From NCBI GenBank assembly GCA_905480105.1, contig CAJQPC010000071.1, positions 55,594 through 119,593 of the forward strand: a DNA stretch of 64,000 nt, read 5' to 3'. Source of the DNA: an uncultured bacterium (GTDB taxonomy: Bacteria > Myxococcota_A > UBA796 > CAJQPC01). A model generated the notes under the pieces. That model made no database searches. It saw only the letters and a list, made by a program, of their open reading frames with translations, and was not told where the DNA came from. Positions 37,577 through 46,997 of the stretch are shown piece after piece (within the stretch, counting starts at the first letter, position 1; every line of letters starts with the position of its first letter). The position numbers were made by a program, and so were the translations under genes.

Positions 37577-38137
37577 TCAATCAGACACGGATTTCAGAAG
37601 GATGCGTGCTTGGGCCCCAGGGCTCGCCGCTCGCCAAACCCCTCCCAGCACAGCCACCCCATGCACGCCGGCTGCGCGCAACGCCGCCGCTCGCTCCGGG
37701 GTGATCCCGCCCAAAGCCAACACCGGGCCAAGCGCTCTTTGTGCCTGTGCCAAGCGCTCCACCCCCCATGTCTGTCGCAGGTCATCGGGCTTGGAGTGCG
37801 GTCTGAATGCCGGAGACAGAAAGACGAACTCTGCCCCCAGCTCAAAGGCCCGCCGACCCTGGGCAACGCTGTGACAGGACTGGGAGAAGGGCAGCCCCTG
37901 CGGCACCGCATCCCCGGTCGAGGCGAAGTGAACCCCCAATCCGAAGCGCCGGGCCAATTCCACCGCCCCAGGTGTTTTCAGGTGCAGACGCACCCGAGCG
38001 CCGGCTTGCATCAACGCACCCAGCCAGACCTGGACTGTGAACAAATCCAAGTCCGGCTCCCGGATCAGCACATCCCGAACACCGGCCTGAACGACGGCCA
38101 GCAGAGGATCCAGCTCCCCCCCGCTCAGAACAAGCAA
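37577..38137 (-). CDS. thiE: Thiamine-phosphate synthase (ThiE/TenI family)
   Basis: 186 aa with TMP-synthase-like blocks 'GAEFVFLSPAF..HSKP' and 'VLALGGITPERAAALRAAGVHGVAVLGGVW'. It lies immediately downstream of thiG. ThiE and TenI cannot be told apart by eye. Confidence 0.7.
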   Translation of the reverse strand: MLVLSGGELDPLLAVVQAGVRDVLIREPDLDLFTVQVWLGALMQAGARVRLHLKTPGAVELARRFGLGVHFASTGDAVPQGLPFSQSCHSVAQGRRAFELGAEFVFLSPAFRPHSKPDDLRQTWGVERLAQAQRALGPVLALGGITPERAAALRAAGVHGVAVLGGVWRAASPGAQARILLKSVSD

Positions 38138-38160
38138 ACGGGGAACCCGGCTTGGGCCGC

Positions 38161-38925
38161 TCAGCGGATCAGTCCATCTTCCGGAGAGCTCGCCGAGGCA
38201 TAGAGCTTCCGGGGAATGCGACCGGCCCCAGCCGCCAAGTACCCCGCACGAACGGCCAGCTTGAAAGCCTGTGCCATTGCGACAGGATTTTCAGCCGACG
38301 CCACCGCGGTGTTCAGCAACACTGCGTCCGCTCCAAGCTCCATGGCGATGGCCGCATCCGACGCCGTTCCAATGCCTGCGTCCACAATCATCGGGCAGTT
38401 CACCAGCTCTCGGATGATGCGCAGGTTCTCCGGATTGCGCACGCCCAGACCCGACCCGATCGGAGACGCAAGGGGCATGACCGCTGCACAGCCTAAATCC
38501 TCTAATCGCTGGCAGAGCACAGGGTCCGCCTGAACATAGGGCAAGACCACAAAGCCCTCTTTGACCAAAACGCGGGCCGCTTCAAGGGTGCCTTCGGGGT
38601 CTGGGAACAAGGTCCGGGGACAGCCGATAACTTCGAGCTTGAGCAAGGGGGTACCCAGGAGCTCTCGCGCCAAACGCGCGGTGACGATTGCCTCTTCTGC
38701 GGTGTAGCAGCCGGCGGTGTTCGGAAGCAGGTGGACCGTCTCCCGGTCGATAAAGTCCATGATGGACTCCCCTTCACCAGCGTTCAGGTCCACTCTTCTG
38801 ATCGCCAACGTGACCAGCTGGGTTTCGCCGGCCTGGTGGCAGGCCTGCATGACGGGAAAGCTCGGGTACTTGCCGGTACCCAGGATCAGACGCTGTGACA
38901 GTTCCAGCTCGCCGAGTTTCAGCAC
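38161..38925 (-). CDS. thiG: Thiazole synthase
   Basis: 'LILGTGKY', 'LLPNTAGC' and '[14 protein letters not shown]' are ThiG signatures. GTG 38925 is preceded by GGAGG with a 5-nt spacer (255 aa). The longer ORF to 39003 is rejected. Confidence 0.9.
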   Translation of the reverse strand: MLKLGELELSQRLILGTGKYPSFPVMQACHQAGETQLVTLAIRRVDLNAGEGESIMDFIDRETVHLLPNTAGCYTAEEAIVTARLARELLGTPLLKLEVIGCPRTLFPDPEGTLEAARVLVKEGFVVLPYVQADPVLCQRLEDLGCAAVMPLASPIGSGLGVRNPENLRIIRELVNCPMIVDAGIGTASDAAIAMELGADAVLLNTAVASAENPVAMAQAFKLAVRAGYLAAGAGRIPRKLYASASSPEDGLIR

Positions 38926-39023
38926 GCAACCCTCCGGGGCTCCCTCACTAACCGATGCCTTGACAGGGCGGACCCGACCGATAGAGGTTCCGCGCCAAAG
39001 CACTCTTGTACACGGATACCCCC

Positions 39024-39497
39024 ATGCTGAATCGCATCATGCGTCGCCTCGACCAGGCCCTGCCCGCAACAACCGTCCACGCTCACTGTGATGGCCCCTG
39101 TGGTGTTTACGACCCCGCAAGCGCACGCATCGCAGCCGAGGCTGTGCTCTCCATGACCAAGAAGCTGCTGGCACTGGAAGTCCCCGACTCCAGCGACAAG
39201 GCTGCCGTGGTCAAGTACCACAACACTTTCGCCCGCTTCGTGGCCATCAAAGAAGAGCAGGCCACCGCCGCCAAGAAGGAGATCCTCATCCTTTGGACGG
39301 ACTACTTCAAGCCACACCACCTGGAAGCGCACCCCGAGATCCACGATCTGATCTGGAAGGCCACCAAGGAGATCTCCTACGCCAAGGTCGAGTGCAGCCT
39401 GCACCACTCTGAGAACGTGATGAACTACGTCAAGCAGATCCACGAGCTCTTCTGGAAGACCAAGAACCGCGACATCGCCTGGTACACCGCCAGCTGA
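39024..39497 (+). CDS. sodN: Nickel-containing superoxide dismutase precursor
   Basis: The leader ends '...ATTVHA' and is followed by the Ni-hook '[11 protein letters not shown]' (consensus HCxxPCGxY). Size and four-helix pattern fit NiSOD. The leader start is ambiguous (ATG 39024 or 39039). Confidence 0.9.
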   Translation: MLNRIMRRLDQALPATTVHAHCDGPCGVYDPASARIAAEAVLSMTKKLLALEVPDSSDKAAVVKYHNTFARFVAIKEEQATAAKKEILILWTDYFKPHHLEAHPEIHDLIWKATKEISYAKVECSLHHSENVMNYVKQIHELFWKTKNRDIAWYTAS

Positions 39498-39510
39498 GTC
39501 AGGTTCCTCG

Positions 39511-39855
39511 GTGAACCATCCCAAGGTGCCGACTCGCGAGGGTCGGCACTTTGTGCTTTGGCTCCTCAGGCGCCTGAAGCGAGTGCGCGTCCAGGGTTCT
39601 TCTATGGAGCCCACACTGCAAGCTGGCCAGACCGTGCTCATGGAAGCTTGGCGGCGCGTGCCACAGCCTGGTGATCTGGCAGTAGCCGAGCATCCAGGCC
39701 GCCCCGGCTTTTTGCTGATCAAGCGAGTGAGTCACCAAGTTCCCGGTGGTTGGATCCTACTTGGAGACAACCCCACCCAGAGCAGCGACAGCCGCAGCCT
39801 GGGCCCCTTCCCAAACGAGCGGCTGATCGGCCGCGTGGTGTGCACCTTCCTGTGA
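39511..39855 (+). CDS. sodX: NiSOD maturation protease (S26 signal-peptidase family)
   Basis: 'VQGSSMEPTL' (catalytic Ser box) and 'LLGDNPTQSSDSRSLGP' (S26 box). 114 aa, directly downstream of sodN. GTG start. Confidence 0.85.
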   Translation: MNHPKVPTREGRHFVLWLLRRLKRVRVQGSSMEPTLQAGQTVLMEAWRRVPQPGDLAVAEHPGRPGFLLIKRVSHQVPGGWILLGDNPTQSSDSRSLGPFPNERLIGRVVCTFL

Positions 39856-39865
39856 ACGGCACCCG

Positions 39866-40537
39866 ATGACCATGGCCCTCTTAGATCCCGCTCGGGCGCC
39901 TCTGCTGGCTGCCGCGCTCTCCGTGGCTCTCCTGCACACGGTGGTTGGTGTGGACCACTACCTTCCCTTCGTCGTCCTGGGTCGTGCCAGGAAGTGGTCT
40001 CTGGCCAAGGTGCTGGGGATCACCGCTGCTTGCGGTACCGGACACGTGATCGGCAGCATCGGACTCGGCTTTGTCGGCATCGCTTTGGGGACGGCCTTGG
40101 GGATGATGGAGTGGATCGAGTCCGTTCGCGGCTCGCTGGCGGCCTGGGGATTGATCCTCTTTGGGCTCGGCTACATGGCTTGGTCCGCAAAAAGGCTCTG
40201 CCAAGCTACCGAACACGGCCTTGGCGAGGGCCATGACCAGGGCAGCAAAGCTGGATCCTTGAGCTTCTGGAGCCTCTTCGTGGTTTTTGCACTGGGCCCC
40301 TGTGAGCCCTTGATTCCAGTGCTCATGGTGCCTGCATTTGATCAAGACTGGTGGCTGGTGGCGCAGGTGGCTGGACTCTTCGCCGTGAGCACCATCGGCA
40401 CAATGCTCATCATGGCCACCCTCGGCACCCTCGGTTTGCGGCTCGCCCCCCTCAAATCCGTTGAGCGCTACGGCAATCTAGCGGCCGGATTTGCCATCTT
40501 GCTAAGCGGCTTGGCGATCCAGTTCCTCGGAATCTGA
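39866..40537 (+). CDS. Integral membrane protein, putative Ni2+ permease (SodT-like; assignment tentative)
   Basis: About 6 hydrophobic segments. His/Asp/Cys-containing motifs 'HTVVGVDHYLPF', 'CGTGHVIGS' and 'GPCEPLIPV'. Position downstream of sodN-sodX. Confidence 0.55.
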   Translation: MTMALLDPARAPLLAAALSVALLHTVVGVDHYLPFVVLGRARKWSLAKVLGITAACGTGHVIGSIGLGFVGIALGTALGMMEWIESVRGSLAAWGLILFGLGYMAWSAKRLCQATEHGLGEGHDQGSKAGSLSFWSLFVVFALGPCEPLIPVLMVPAFDQDWWLVAQVAGLFAVSTIGTMLIMATLGTLGLRLAPLKSVERYGNLAAGFAILLSGLAIQFLGI

Positions 40538-40617
40538 CACCGCATTGAGAGGGGCCTTCCAGCGCCTTGCCGGGTTAGGGCCGCATTACTTACACTTACC
40601 TATTCTTGGAGACCCAA

Positions 40618-41598
40618 ATGAACGCTCCCATCAAGGTGGCCGTCACCGGCGCCGCTGGCAACATCGGCTACGCCCTGCTCTTCCGTCTGGCTTGTGGCTC
40701 CTGCTACGGCCCAAACCAGCCCATCATCCTCCAACTGCTCGAGATTCCTCCCGGAATGAAAGCCCTTGAAGGCGTGGTCATGGAGCTGATGGACGGCGCC
40801 TTTCCCTTGGTGCACGGCATTGAGATCACCGACCAGGCCGACGTGGCTTTTGACGGCGTGAACAACGCATTCTTGGTTGGCGCTCGCCCCCGCGGTCCCG
40901 GCATGGTGCGCGCTGACTTGGTCGCTGCCAACGGTCCCATCTTCGTGGGACAGGGCAAAGCCCTACAAAAGGCCGCCAGCGACCTTCAGGCACTCGTCGT
41001 CGGCAATCCTGCCAACACCAACGCCTTGATCGCCCTGCACAACGCAGGCGATTTGCCCAAGGACCGCATCCACGCCATGACCCGCCTGGATGAGAACCGT
41101 GCCAAGAGCCAGATCGCCTCCAAGCTGGGCGTGACCCCTGGCCAAGTGACCAACATGGCCATCTACGGCAACCACTCCCCCAGCATGTTCCCCGACTTCG
41201 CCCACGCCCGCGTCGACGGAAAGCTGGCCACCGAGCAGATCGACCAAGAGTGGTTCGAGGGCCACTTCATGAGCACCGTTCCCACCCGTGGCAAGGCCAT
41301 CATCACGGCCCGCGGCGCTAGCTCCGCCGCTTCCGCCGCCTCTGCCGCTGTGGACCACATGAGCACCCTCTGGAACGGTACCGCCCCTGGCGAGATCGCA
41401 TCCATCGGCCTGTACAGCGACGGCAGCAACTACGGCGTCCCTGCCGACATCGTCTATTCGGTTCCCTGCACCGTGAAGGACCGCAAGGTCACCCCCGTCA
41501 CCGACATTGAGCACAGCGACTGGGCCAAGGGCAAGATCCAAGCTTCCGTCGACGACCTGTTGGGCGAGCGTGCTGCTGTGAGCGAGCTCTTGGGTTAA
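40618..41598 (+). CDS. mdh: Malate dehydrogenase
   Basis: '[21 protein letters not shown]' and '[12 protein letters not shown]' are typical of the cytosolic-type/LDH-like MDH family. ATG 40618 is preceded by GGAG. Confidence 0.92.
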   Translation: MNAPIKVAVTGAAGNIGYALLFRLACGSCYGPNQPIILQLLEIPPGMKALEGVVMELMDGAFPLVHGIEITDQADVAFDGVNNAFLVGARPRGPGMVRADLVAANGPIFVGQGKALQKAASDLQALVVGNPANTNALIALHNAGDLPKDRIHAMTRLDENRAKSQIASKLGVTPGQVTNMAIYGNHSPSMFPDFAHARVDGKLATEQIDQEWFEGHFMSTVPTRGKAIITARGASSAASAASAAVDHMSTLWNGTAPGEIASIGLYSDGSNYGVPADIVYSVPCTVKDRKVTPVTDIEHSDWAKGKIQASVDDLLGERAAVSELLG

Positions 41599-41626
41599 AT
41601 CAGCCCTTTCTTTGTGCTTACAACAC

Positions 41627-41690
41627 CCTATCCGGGTGGGGTCTACGCGCCCCACTCCGGATAGGATCTGCGAGATCTTTGTCGCAGATC
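41627..41690 (+). terminator. Two tandem GC-rich hairpins downstream of mdh (non-canonical terminator candidate)
   Basis: Hairpin 1 (41627-41665): CCTATCCGG-GTGGGG/loop 8/CCCCAC-(T)-CCGGATAGG. Hairpin 2 (41665-41690): GATCTGCGA/loop 8/TCGCAGATC. No clear U-tract follows. Confidence 0.4.
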
Positions 41691-41820
41691 CACCGGCCGC
41701 AATGGTCGACCCATGCAGATGACCACCACAAGCGGCACAGAAGCCCTTGACATGAGACCCGGCATGGTTTTTGCTTAGGCAACGCACACAGAGCGTAGCA
41801 ACGCTCCGGAGGCCCTAAAA

Positions 41821-43368
41821 ATGATTACCGCCTTGACCCTGTTTGCAGGGCTCACAGCTTGCAACGAGTATGAGCTAAAAGCTGAGACGGACGGCTACGG
41901 AGCCGGCGACCCTCAGATCGCACTGGCACCCGAAGTCCTTAACTTCGGCGAACTGGCCCGCGGCGAAACCTCCGTGCTGGAATTCGAGGTCACCAACGTC
42001 GGTGGTGGCGAGCTGCTGGTCTCCGATATCGAGCTCGGCGCAGGAAACGATGGCTTTACCATCCTGAACGACGACCTGGAGTTCGTGCTGCCCGCTGGCG
42101 CATCCGAGGCCATTCAGGTGGAGTTCACGCCCTTCGGCGTAGAGCAAGAGACCCTGGCCATCGTCTCGAGCAACGACGAGCTGGTCCCCAAGGCCACGGT
42201 CGATCTGCTGGGCGGCGGCTTGGTCCCCGAGCTGGAGATCAACCCGAACCCTTACGACTTTGGCAAGACCTACGTGGGCTGCGAGCAAGAGGCCAACCTG
42301 AGCTTGACCAACGTCGGCACCGACAGCCTGGACATCACCAGCATCGATGACTTTGGCACCACTGACTTTGGCCTGAGCCACAGCCTGTCTCTGCCCATGA
42401 CCTTGGCTCCAGGCGACAGCACCCAGCTCAGCATCTACTTCGACCCGAACGACGAGTCCGCCTACACCGGCGAGTTCGTGGTCAACAACACCGGTCCCCG
42501 CGCGAGCCTGGTTGGCATCGCAGAGGGCGAAGGCAAGTTCACAGCCGAGTACAAGGAGAAGTGGACCGTCCCCTTCGACCCACCCACGGACATTATGTTC
42601 CTGGTGGACAACTCCTGTTCCATGGACGACGACCAGGCCCGCCTGGCCAACAACTTTAGCTACTTCATCCAGAACTTGGACAGCTACACCAACGACTGGC
42701 ACGTCATCGTGATTGGCGACGATGACGGCTGCAAGGACCAAGCCGCAGGTATCCTTAAGTCCACCACCACCGGCTACGAGTCCAAGTTCTCCGCCGCCGT
42801 CAAAAGGGGCACCGGCTCCTGGTTGACCGAGGCGCTGCTTACCCCAGCCGCCCTGGCCACAGAATTGGCTGCAGGGGGCGGCGGCTGCAACGCCAGCTTC
42901 ATGCGTGATGGTGCTCTCCTGCACGTCATCATGGTCAGCGACGAGCCCGAGCAGAGCTCTGCCGCATGGGGCAGCTACGTCAACCGGATCCAGGCGGCCA
43001 AGGGATCTGCATCCCTGGTCAAGCTCTCCGCCATCGTGGGCGACTACCCAGGAGGCTGTGGCAGCGCGGACCCAGGTACCGGCTACTACGACGCTGTGAA
43101 CTACACCGGTGGTGAGTTCCTCAGCATCTGTGCCAGCTCCTGGACAAGCTACATGAGCGCCCTGGCCAAGGCTTCCATCTCCGTGGACACCTACGAGCTG
43201 CAAGCCACCCCAGTGGAGAGCACCATCGTCGTGCTCGTCAACGACGTAGAGGTCACCACTGGCTGGTACTACAACGTCGACGCCAACACCGTGGTCTTCG
43301 AGGTCGACATCCCAGAAGGCGGCGATGTGGTCAAGGTGAGCTACGCCGGCAAGGCCAACTGCGACTGA
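41821..43368 (+). CDS. Lipoprotein with choice-of-anchor-D/ASH-like Ig domains and a VWA-like domain
   Basis: Lipobox 'LFAGLTAC'. Two 'xxFGxxxxGxxxxxxxxVTNVG...L.I..I' modules. MIDAS-like 'FLVDNSCSMDDD' (DxSxS). Confidence 0.7.
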   Translation: MITALTLFAGLTACNEYELKAETDGYGAGDPQIALAPEVLNFGELARGETSVLEFEVTNVGGGELLVSDIELGAGNDGFTILNDDLEFVLPAGASEAIQVEFTPFGVEQETLAIVSSNDELVPKATVDLLGGGLVPELEINPNPYDFGKTYVGCEQEANLSLTNVGTDSLDITSIDDFGTTDFGLSHSLSLPMTLAPGDSTQLSIYFDPNDESAYTGEFVVNNTGPRASLVGIAEGEGKFTAEYKEKWTVPFDPPTDIMFLVDNSCSMDDDQARLANNFSYFIQNLDSYTNDWHVIVIGDDDGCKDQAAGILKSTTTGYESKFSAAVKRGTGSWLTEALLTPAALATELAAGGGGCNASFMRDGALLHVIMVSDEPEQSSAAWGSYVNRIQAAKGSASLVKLSAIVGDYPGGCGSADPGTGYYDAVNYTGGEFLSICASSWTSYMSALAKASISVDTYELQATPVESTIVVLVNDVEVTTGWYYNVDANTVVFEVDIPEGGDVVKVSYAGKANCD

Positions 43369-43383
43369 GTCTCAGCGAGACCC

Positions 43384-43423
43384 AAAAAGAACCCCCGTCG
43401 GCACTGCCGACGGGGGTTCTTTG
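43384..43423. terminator. Bidirectional intrinsic terminator between convergent genes
   Basis: AAAAA-GAACCCCCGTCGGC-ACT-GCCGACGGGGGTTC-TTTG. This is a perfect 14-bp stem flanked by an A-tract and a T-tract, so it can act on both strands. Confidence 0.75.
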
Positions 43424-43449
43424 CTCTGTCAGTTCCGCTTTTGGGAAGC

Positions 43450-44457
43450 TCAACCCACGATTTGCTGGAAGACCTGGACCGCGCGAGCAATGCCTGCGTC
43501 GTCCACATCCAGGTGGGTAACCAAGCGGATGGCGTCGTCGCTCAGGGCAAAACACAGCACCCCAGCAGCGTTCAGGGCCTCTGCAGCCGCCTCGGCACCC
43601 GCAATTTTCACGTAGACCATGTTGGTCTCTACCGGGCGGGTGCCCAGCCCAAGAGCGTTTAGCCCTGCGGCCAGATCTTGAGCGCGGCGGTGATCCTCGG
43701 CCAGGCGCTCCACGTGGTGCATCAAGGCGTAGCGGCCGGCGGCCGCGATGAAACCCGCCTGGCGCATGCCGCCGCCCAGCATCTTGCGCACTTTGCGGGC
43801 GCGAAAAATCATGTCCCTGGGCCCGGCAAGAATGCTGCCCACTGGAGCGCCCAGCCCCTTGCTCAGGCAGATGGAAACACTGTCCACGGGAGCCACAATC
43901 TCGGCCAAGCTCTTTCCACTGGCGACCACCGCATTCATGACGCGGGCACCATCCATGTGCACACGCAGGCCTTGCTCGCGGCACCCTTCTCCGATGCGCT
44001 CGAGCACCGAGAGTGGATAGACCGTGCCACCGCCCCTGTTGGCCGTGTTTTCCACCAAGACCAGAGCGGCCTGGGCAAAGTGGATGTTGTAAGGCCGAAC
44101 CGCGGCGAAGAGGGTCTCAGGGTCCAACAGCCCGCGCTCCCCTTGCACCAAGCGGGTCTGCACCCCGCTGATCACCGCCGCCCCGCCCGCCTCGTAGTGG
44201 TAGGGATGGGCGTCCGACTCCAGAATGATCTCGTCTCCAGGCTGGGTCCAACAGCGGATGGCGATCTGGTTGGCCATGGTTCCCGAGGGCGTAAAGAGCG
44301 CGGCCTCCATGCCGGTCAACTCAGCAGCTTCGGCTTCCAATGCGTTGCAGTTGGGGTCGTCTCCCAGCACATCATCGCCTACCTCGGCCGTGAACATGGC
44401 CTGCAGCATCTGCGGAGTGGGACGGGTGACGGTGTCAGAGCGTAGATCAACGGTCAT
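43450..44457 (-). CDS. ltaE: Low-specificity L-threonine aldolase
   Basis: 'MTVDLRSDTVTRPTPQMLQAM..AEVGDDVLGDDP' is the canonical N-terminus of the family. ATG 44457 overlaps the gpmI stop (ATGA). The longer ORF to 44685 is rejected. Confidence 0.85.
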   Translation of the reverse strand: MTVDLRSDTVTRPTPQMLQAMFTAEVGDDVLGDDPNCNALEAEAAELTGMEAALFTPSGTMANQIAIRCWTQPGDEIILESDAHPYHYEAGGAAVISGVQTRLVQGERGLLDPETLFAAVRPYNIHFAQAALVLVENTANRGGGTVYPLSVLERIGEGCREQGLRVHMDGARVMNAVVASGKSLAEIVAPVDSVSICLSKGLGAPVGSILAGPRDMIFRARKVRKMLGGGMRQAGFIAAAGRYALMHHVERLAEDHRRAQDLAAGLNALGLGTRPVETNMVYVKIAGAEAAAEALNAAGVLCFALSDDAIRLVTHLDVDDAGIARAVQVFQQIVG

Positions 44458-46118
44458 GAGCGAACCTGGAGCAAGGAGGGGAGGTAGTCGGTCGGGGGCG
44501 TCAGGCCACACAGGAGCAGCAGAGTCGCCGAGACGTTGGCCAGTCCCGGCTCTGGGGTCTCGGAGAGCGTCCAGCGGGCGTGTGGGTCCACCACGGCGAA
44601 GGGAACGGGTGCCAAGGTGTGGCTGGTCTTGGGCTGGATGCTGTCCCCATCCATCTTGGGCTGGTTCTGCTTGTCCCGCATCCACATGTCGTCGGCGTTG
44701 CCGTGGTCCGCGGTGACCAGGAGCACGCCACCCGCCTTTACGACAGCCGCCTCCAGCTCAGCCACGCAGGAATCCACGACCTCCATCGCGGTGATGGTGG
44801 CCGCCAGATCGCCGCTGTGGCCCACCATGTCGCCGTTGGCGATGTTCAGCCGTACGTGATCCCAGCTCCCTGAGTCAATGGCAGCAATGGCCGCTTGGGT
44901 GATCTCCTGTGCTTTCATGGCGGGGGCCTGCTCGAAGGGAATCACGTCCGAGGGAATCTCGACGTACGCCTCCAGGGCATCGTCCAACAGCCCACTGCGG
45001 TTTCCATTGAAGAAGAAGGTCACGTGGCCAAACTTCTGGGTCTCGGAGACCACAAAGCTGCGGCGGCCATTCGCAGCCAAGTACTGACCCACGGTCGCAT
45101 CGATGCTGGGAGGCTCGATCAGGTAGCGGGCCGGGATCTTTAGGTCCCCGTCGTACTGCATGATTCCGGCGAAGCGGAAGCTGGGGGCGTCGCCGCGGTC
45201 TACCGGGGTTTCCTGGCCTTGGGCGGTAGAAGAGAACTCCAGAGCCCGGTCCCCGCGAAAGTTGAACAAGAGCATGCCGTCCCCTTCCTGCACGGAGCCG
45301 ATGGGCTGAGCCCCTTCAGGACCGCCTTCCTCAATGACAAAAGCAGGCAGGTACTGGTCGTTGACCGTGGGGTCCTCTGCGTAAAGGGTCTCCACAGCTT
45401 GCGTGGCGTTCTCAAAGCCGCGCCCCTGGCCCAAAACATGGGTGTCCCAACCGCGCTGCACCATCGACCAGTCGGCCTGGTAGCGGTCCATGGTGAGGTT
45501 CATCCGGCCGCCGCCACTGGCGATGCGGTAGTCCCGGTTGATCTTCCCCAGCGCCTCTTCCAGGGTCTGGATGTAGCCCAAGACGCTGCGCGCGCTCACG
45601 TCCCGCCCGTCACTGAGAATGTGAATGCGAACCCGCTCGATGCCCTGGGCGTCGGCCTGCTGCAGGATGTGCAGCAGGTGGTTGATGTGGCTGTGCACCC
45701 CCCCGTCAGAGAGCAAGCCCAAGAGATGCAGGGTGCCGCTCTGGGTCAGCCACTCCCAGGTCTTCCCAAAGGCCGATCCGTCCTTGAAAGCGGCTGCAAC
45801 GAGCTTGGCACCCTGAGCAATGATTCTGCCGGCCCCCAAAGCATTGTGCCCCACCTCTGAGTTGCCCATGTCCCCGTCCGAGGGCAGCCCTACGGCCGTA
45901 CCGTGCGCCTTGAGCTGGGTGGACATGGCACCCGCGAAGAGCCGGTCCAAAGTGGGCGTGTGGGCTTGGTAGACCGCGTCCCCACCATCCTGCAGGCCCA
46001 GGCCCACGCCATCCAAGATGCAGAGGACCACTGGGCCATTGTTGGAGGCACCGCTCGGGGCACTGCCAGGAAAACCGCGGCCAGGGAAGCCGGGGACATC
46101 GGGGAGCTTGTAGTTCAT
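44454..46118 (-). CDS. gpmI: 2,3-bisphosphoglycerate-independent phosphoglycerate mutase
   Basis: 'VLCILDGVGLG', 'MGNSEVGHNALGAGR' and 'LVTADHGNAD' are iPGM signatures. 554 aa. Confidence 0.92.
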   Translation of the reverse strand: MNYKLPDVPGFPGRGFPGSAPSGASNNGPVVLCILDGVGLGLQDGGDAVYQAHTPTLDRLFAGAMSTQLKAHGTAVGLPSDGDMGNSEVGHNALGAGRIIAQGAKLVAAAFKDGSAFGKTWEWLTQSGTLHLLGLLSDGGVHSHINHLLHILQQADAQGIERVRIHILSDGRDVSARSVLGYIQTLEEALGKINRDYRIASGGGRMNLTMDRYQADWSMVQRGWDTHVLGQGRGFENATQAVETLYAEDPTVNDQYLPAFVIEEGGPEGAQPIGSVQEGDGMLLFNFRGDRALEFSSTAQGQETPVDRGDAPSFRFAGIMQYDGDLKIPARYLIEPPSIDATVGQYLAANGRRSFVVSETQKFGHVTFFFNGNRSGLLDDALEAYVEIPSDVIPFEQAPAMKAQEITQAAIAAIDSGSWDHVRLNIANGDMVGHSGDLAATITAMEVVDSCVAELEAAVVKAGGVLLVTADHGNADDMWMRDKQNQPKMDGDSIQPKTSHTLAPVPFAVVDPHARWTLSETPEPGLANVSATLLLLCGLTPPTDYLPSLLQVRS

Positions 46119-46158
46119 CTACACCCCCTATTCGGTATCCTTAAGCATCGGAGGTTCC

Positions 46159-46791
46159 ATGCTGTCCCTATTCGCCACTTTGCCCTTGATTGCGTGCACC
46201 CAAGCCCCACCCACCCTGAGCATGGTGGACCCAAAAGCCGGAGAGCCTGGAGAGCGGATCAAGGTGGTCGGTGCAGACTTTCAAGAAGGGGCCACGGCCA
46301 CTATGGGTGGTCAGGATCTCGCGGTCAAACGTCTGGGCGCGACCTTGCTCGAAGGAACTGTGCCTTTGCTTGAGGCAGGGGACCACACGGTGATTGTGGC
46401 CAACCCGGATGGACAGAACGCCAGCTCCCCCGGTGCGTTCACCATTGCTGCTCCCCCACAGGCGCTGAGCATCTGTGCCCAGGGGTACACCTCCTACACC
46501 CAGCTTGCTGCCGGCCGCAGCATCATCAAGATCGACATCCACCGCCCGGACACCGAAGAGATCGAGCAGCTGGAGATCAAGTTCCGGGATGTAGAGGGCG
46601 TGGAGTACCGGGCGGAGGTGCAGGGAGAGGCCCTATGCTCGGCCATCTTGCTCACCCTCAAAGACGGCCGCCGCATCGTGTACGAGGACTCCAAGGAGCT
46701 CAACTTCAAGAAGAAGGCCCAGGAGCTCGCCCAGATCGTCGGCGTGGGCATCGAGGTGACGGTGGACGAGGCCTTGCTGGATGAAGAGTGA
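46159..46791 (+). CDS. IPT/TIG-domain lipoprotein
   Basis: Lipobox 'LPLIAC'. IPT-like 'PTLSMVDPKAGEPGERIKVVGADF...TVIVANPDGQ'. GGAGG upstream of ATG 46159. Confidence 0.65.
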   Translation: MLSLFATLPLIACTQAPPTLSMVDPKAGEPGERIKVVGADFQEGATATMGGQDLAVKRLGATLLEGTVPLLEAGDHTVIVANPDGQNASSPGAFTIAAPPQALSICAQGYTSYTQLAAGRSIIKIDIHRPDTEEIEQLEIKFRDVEGVEYRAEVQGEALCSAILLTLKDGRRIVYEDSKELNFKKKAQELAQIVGVGIEVTVDEALLDEE

Positions 46792-46997
46792 GCTGCCGTA
46801 TGTTGCGTGCGTTCGCGCGATCATGCCTGCGTGACCACGCAGAAACCAGCGCATGCTGCTCATGGAGACCTCGGGGATGGCGGGATTTCAAGCAAGGCGC
46901 CGCTTTTACACAGCTTTGGACTACGACCAAATCGCCCGCGAAACCGACTTCTTCTCCGACGGCGACGCCAAAGTCATCTTTGCCAAGCGCCTCTACG

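Noticed and set aside
38926-39023. Possible TPP (THI-box) riboswitch upstream of thiG on the minus strand
   Set aside because: The leader begins GGGGU... and contains GAACCU. However, the conserved CUGAGA and ACCUGAUCUGG...GCG core elements are not present in the right order. The space is also shared with the sodN promoter. A cmsearch with RF00059 would settle it.
38919-39722. 267-aa minus-strand ORF covering sodN in antisense
   Set aside because: The plus strand encodes an unmistakable NiSOD ([11 protein letters not shown]) and SodX. The antisense frame has no motif.
41875-43203. 442-aa minus-strand ORF antisense to the VWA/choice-of-anchor lipoprotein gene
   Set aside because: It is a mirror-image frame of a real gene, with monotonous Gly/Val/Ala/Asp/Gln composition. 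It has no start context and no motif.
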